Positions 62,767 to 64,000 of a DNA stretch of 64,000 bases are shown here, one piece after another. The DNA is taken from assembly GCA_051954855.1 (NCBI GenBank), contig JBQCHH010000008.1, forward strand, positions 18,978 to 82,977, read 5' to 3'. The notes beneath the pieces are model-generated. The model did no database searches. It saw nothing but the letters and a program-made list of their open reading frames with translations, and was not told the origin of the DNA. The stretch comes from Solirubrobacterales bacterium (GTDB taxonomy: Bacteria; Actinomycetota; Thermoleophilia; Solirubrobacterales; 70-9). The first letter of the stretch is position 1. Every line of letters begins with the position of its first letter. The translations under genes and the position numbers were made by a program.

Positions 62767-63273
62767 ATGAATCACCTGCTGTTTCGTTACTCAGCGCGGC
62801 GGGGGCACGTGCAGTTGGCTGGTTTAGGAGGGACGCGGGTGATCAAGCAATCCGCCGCAAAGGGACGATTTTCAGAGAACGACGGGGCTCCAGCCACCGG
62901 GTTGGCGACCCTCGAGGTCCTGCGGCTGCTCAGCAGCGGGGCCAACGGTGCGATCCTGATGGCTCTGGGGGACGGCCCCCTGCGAACGAGGGAGCTCACC
63001 GAGCGGGTGCGCGGCTACGCCCCACGGACCGTCTACCGCTACACCGGCAAGCTGGTCGGGGCGGGGCTGGTCGAACGACACGAGGAGCCGGGCGTGCCCT
63101 CGAAAGTGACCCATAGCCTCACTCGGCCCAGCGGTCAGGAGCTTCACGATCTGCTGGAGGCCTATGCGGAGGCTTCGTTGAGGCGGCTGCCCAGTGGGGA
63201 GATCTGCGCTTACGCCTGGGGCTCGTTGCTCTCCTCGCCCATCTTTGGGAATCGGGGATGGTCGACGAACTGA
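62767..63273 (+). CDS. HxlR-like winged-helix transcriptional regulator (start uncertain; may be the 5' half of a frameshifted two-wHTH gene)
   Basis: LEVLRLLSSGANGAILMALGDGPLRTRELTERVRGYAPRTVYRYTGKLVGAGLVERHEEPGVPSKVTHSLT. Confidence 0.55.
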   Translation: MNHLLFRYSARRGHVQLAGLGGTRVIKQSAAKGRFSENDGAPATGLATLEVLRLLSSGANGAILMALGDGPLRTRELTERVRGYAPRTVYRYTGKLVGAGLVERHEEPGVPSKVTHSLTRPSGQELHDLLEAYAEASLRRLPSGEICAYAWGSLLSSPIFGNRGWSTN

Positions 63274-63842
63274 ACATCGAACCGCGCTCGCTGACGGAAC
63301 TCTCCCGCGGCCCCCATGGTCTCAGCTATCACCAGGTCAGCCGCCGTGCCAACCTGCTTGCGATCGGCGGCTTCATCCAGGAGTGGCCGAGTTCGGGCGC
63401 GCGGCGGCCCTATGCGCTGACTGACAAGGCCCGGCGGGCGATGGCCCTTATCGTCGGCATCGGGCGCTGGCGCCGGCACGCCGTCCCAAAGGGCAAAACG
63501 GGGTTGGATGCCCCTGAAGCAGCAACGGCGCTGCGGGCGGTGCTGCCGCTGGCCGTCCTTCCGGAGCATGGAGGGAAGAGCTTCGGGATCGGCGTCGCCG
63601 AAGAGGAGGTGTGGGCGAGCGTCGGGCTGGACGGCAACATCCGTTGCTCCGCCTCCCCGCCACCGCACCTTGACGGCCACGCCCGGGGAGGAGTGAAGAT
63701 GTGGATCGACACGCTCCTCGACGGTCCTCCAGAGAAGCTGAGCACCGACGGCGACGGCCACCTTATCCGCACTTGCCTCTTGCGGCTGCACGCGACGCTG
63801 TGGACGAGATGGGCGAGGCCTCCGATCCCTGATTCATCCTGA
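63258..63842 (+). CDS. Second winged-helix-like protein, with a C-terminal domain of unknown function
   Basis: IEPRSLTELSRGPHGLSYHQVSRRANLLAIGGFIQEWPSSGARRPYALT parallels the wHTH of the preceding ORF. Its first helix appears to be encoded upstream of ATG 63258 in the same frame. Confidence 0.5.
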   Translation: MVDELNIEPRSLTELSRGPHGLSYHQVSRRANLLAIGGFIQEWPSSGARRPYALTDKARRAMALIVGIGRWRRHAVPKGKTGLDAPEAATALRAVLPLAVLPEHGGKSFGIGVAEEEVWASVGLDGNIRCSASPPPHLDGHARGGVKMWIDTLLDGPPEKLSTDGDGHLIRTCLLRLHATLWTRWARPPIPDSS

Positions 63843-64000
63843 AGAAGAACCGCGCCGACGCTGCTTTCAGCGCTGTTTGCGGGAACGTCGTGCGGCCACC
63901 CCTAGCGCGGCGGAGGGGAGAGAGCTACATTGATCCTGTGACCGGGAGAGACCGGTTCCCGCGGAAGCCCAGCGGGAAAGGGTCTCGAAGGTGACGCCAC

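Noticed and set aside
63843-64000. Structured-looking 3' terminal segment (GACCGGGAGAGACCGG..., CCCGCGGAAGCCCAGCGGGAAAGGG..GGTGACGCCAC) reminiscent of TPP or cobalamin riboswitch fragments
   Set aside because: There are only partial resemblances: no CTGAGA for TPP, and no GGTGxxAATCC with a complete B12 box. The element, if any, is truncated by the window edge.

Overview
High-GC chromosomal replication-origin region. Flanking genes are about 70% G+C by hand counts of 60-nt lines. The genome looks Actinomycetota-like, perhaps a deep lineage such as Thermoleophilia or Rubrobacteria, but I cannot verify that without a database.

Gene order: a partial membrane protein, a phosphodiesterase, an aminotransferase with ddl, tRNA-Ile(GAT), and an MNT/HEPN-like pair. 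Next comes the origin block: parB-parA, then jag-rsmG inverted relative to the usual layout, then yidC-yidD-rnpA-rpmH divergent from dnaA-dnaN-recF-DUF721(DciA)-gyrB-gyrA. After gyrA sit two tandem copies of a secreted S1-protease plus unknown secreted partner cassette, then HNH and pheA. The conserved actinobacterial Ser/Thr-kinase cell-wall cluster follows (kinase, fhaA, fhaB, pstP, rodA, pbpA, pknB), extended by a second ddl. After that: a queuosine-salvage-like gene, a GNAT, and a BtuF-like gene; a lipid module (frameshifted SGNH lipase, lipase, DesA3-like desaturase with its reductase, a kinase) bracketed by two low-GC single-gene islets; dedA-uppP-purM; a ~12-kb Und-P-dependent glycopolymer cluster; DUF3105, metF and two overlapping wHTH ORFs.

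I saw no rRNA, CRISPR, transposase or integrase.

The most interesting items are:
- the duplicated protease/partner cassette;
- the two paralogous Cys-rich secreted proteins in codon-atypical islets;
- a 162-nt long palindrome between dnaN and recF;
- a probable ATC-initiated fhaA;
- two probable frameshifts.

All functional calls come from motif recognition by eye. No database search was possible, and start codons are often uncertain.
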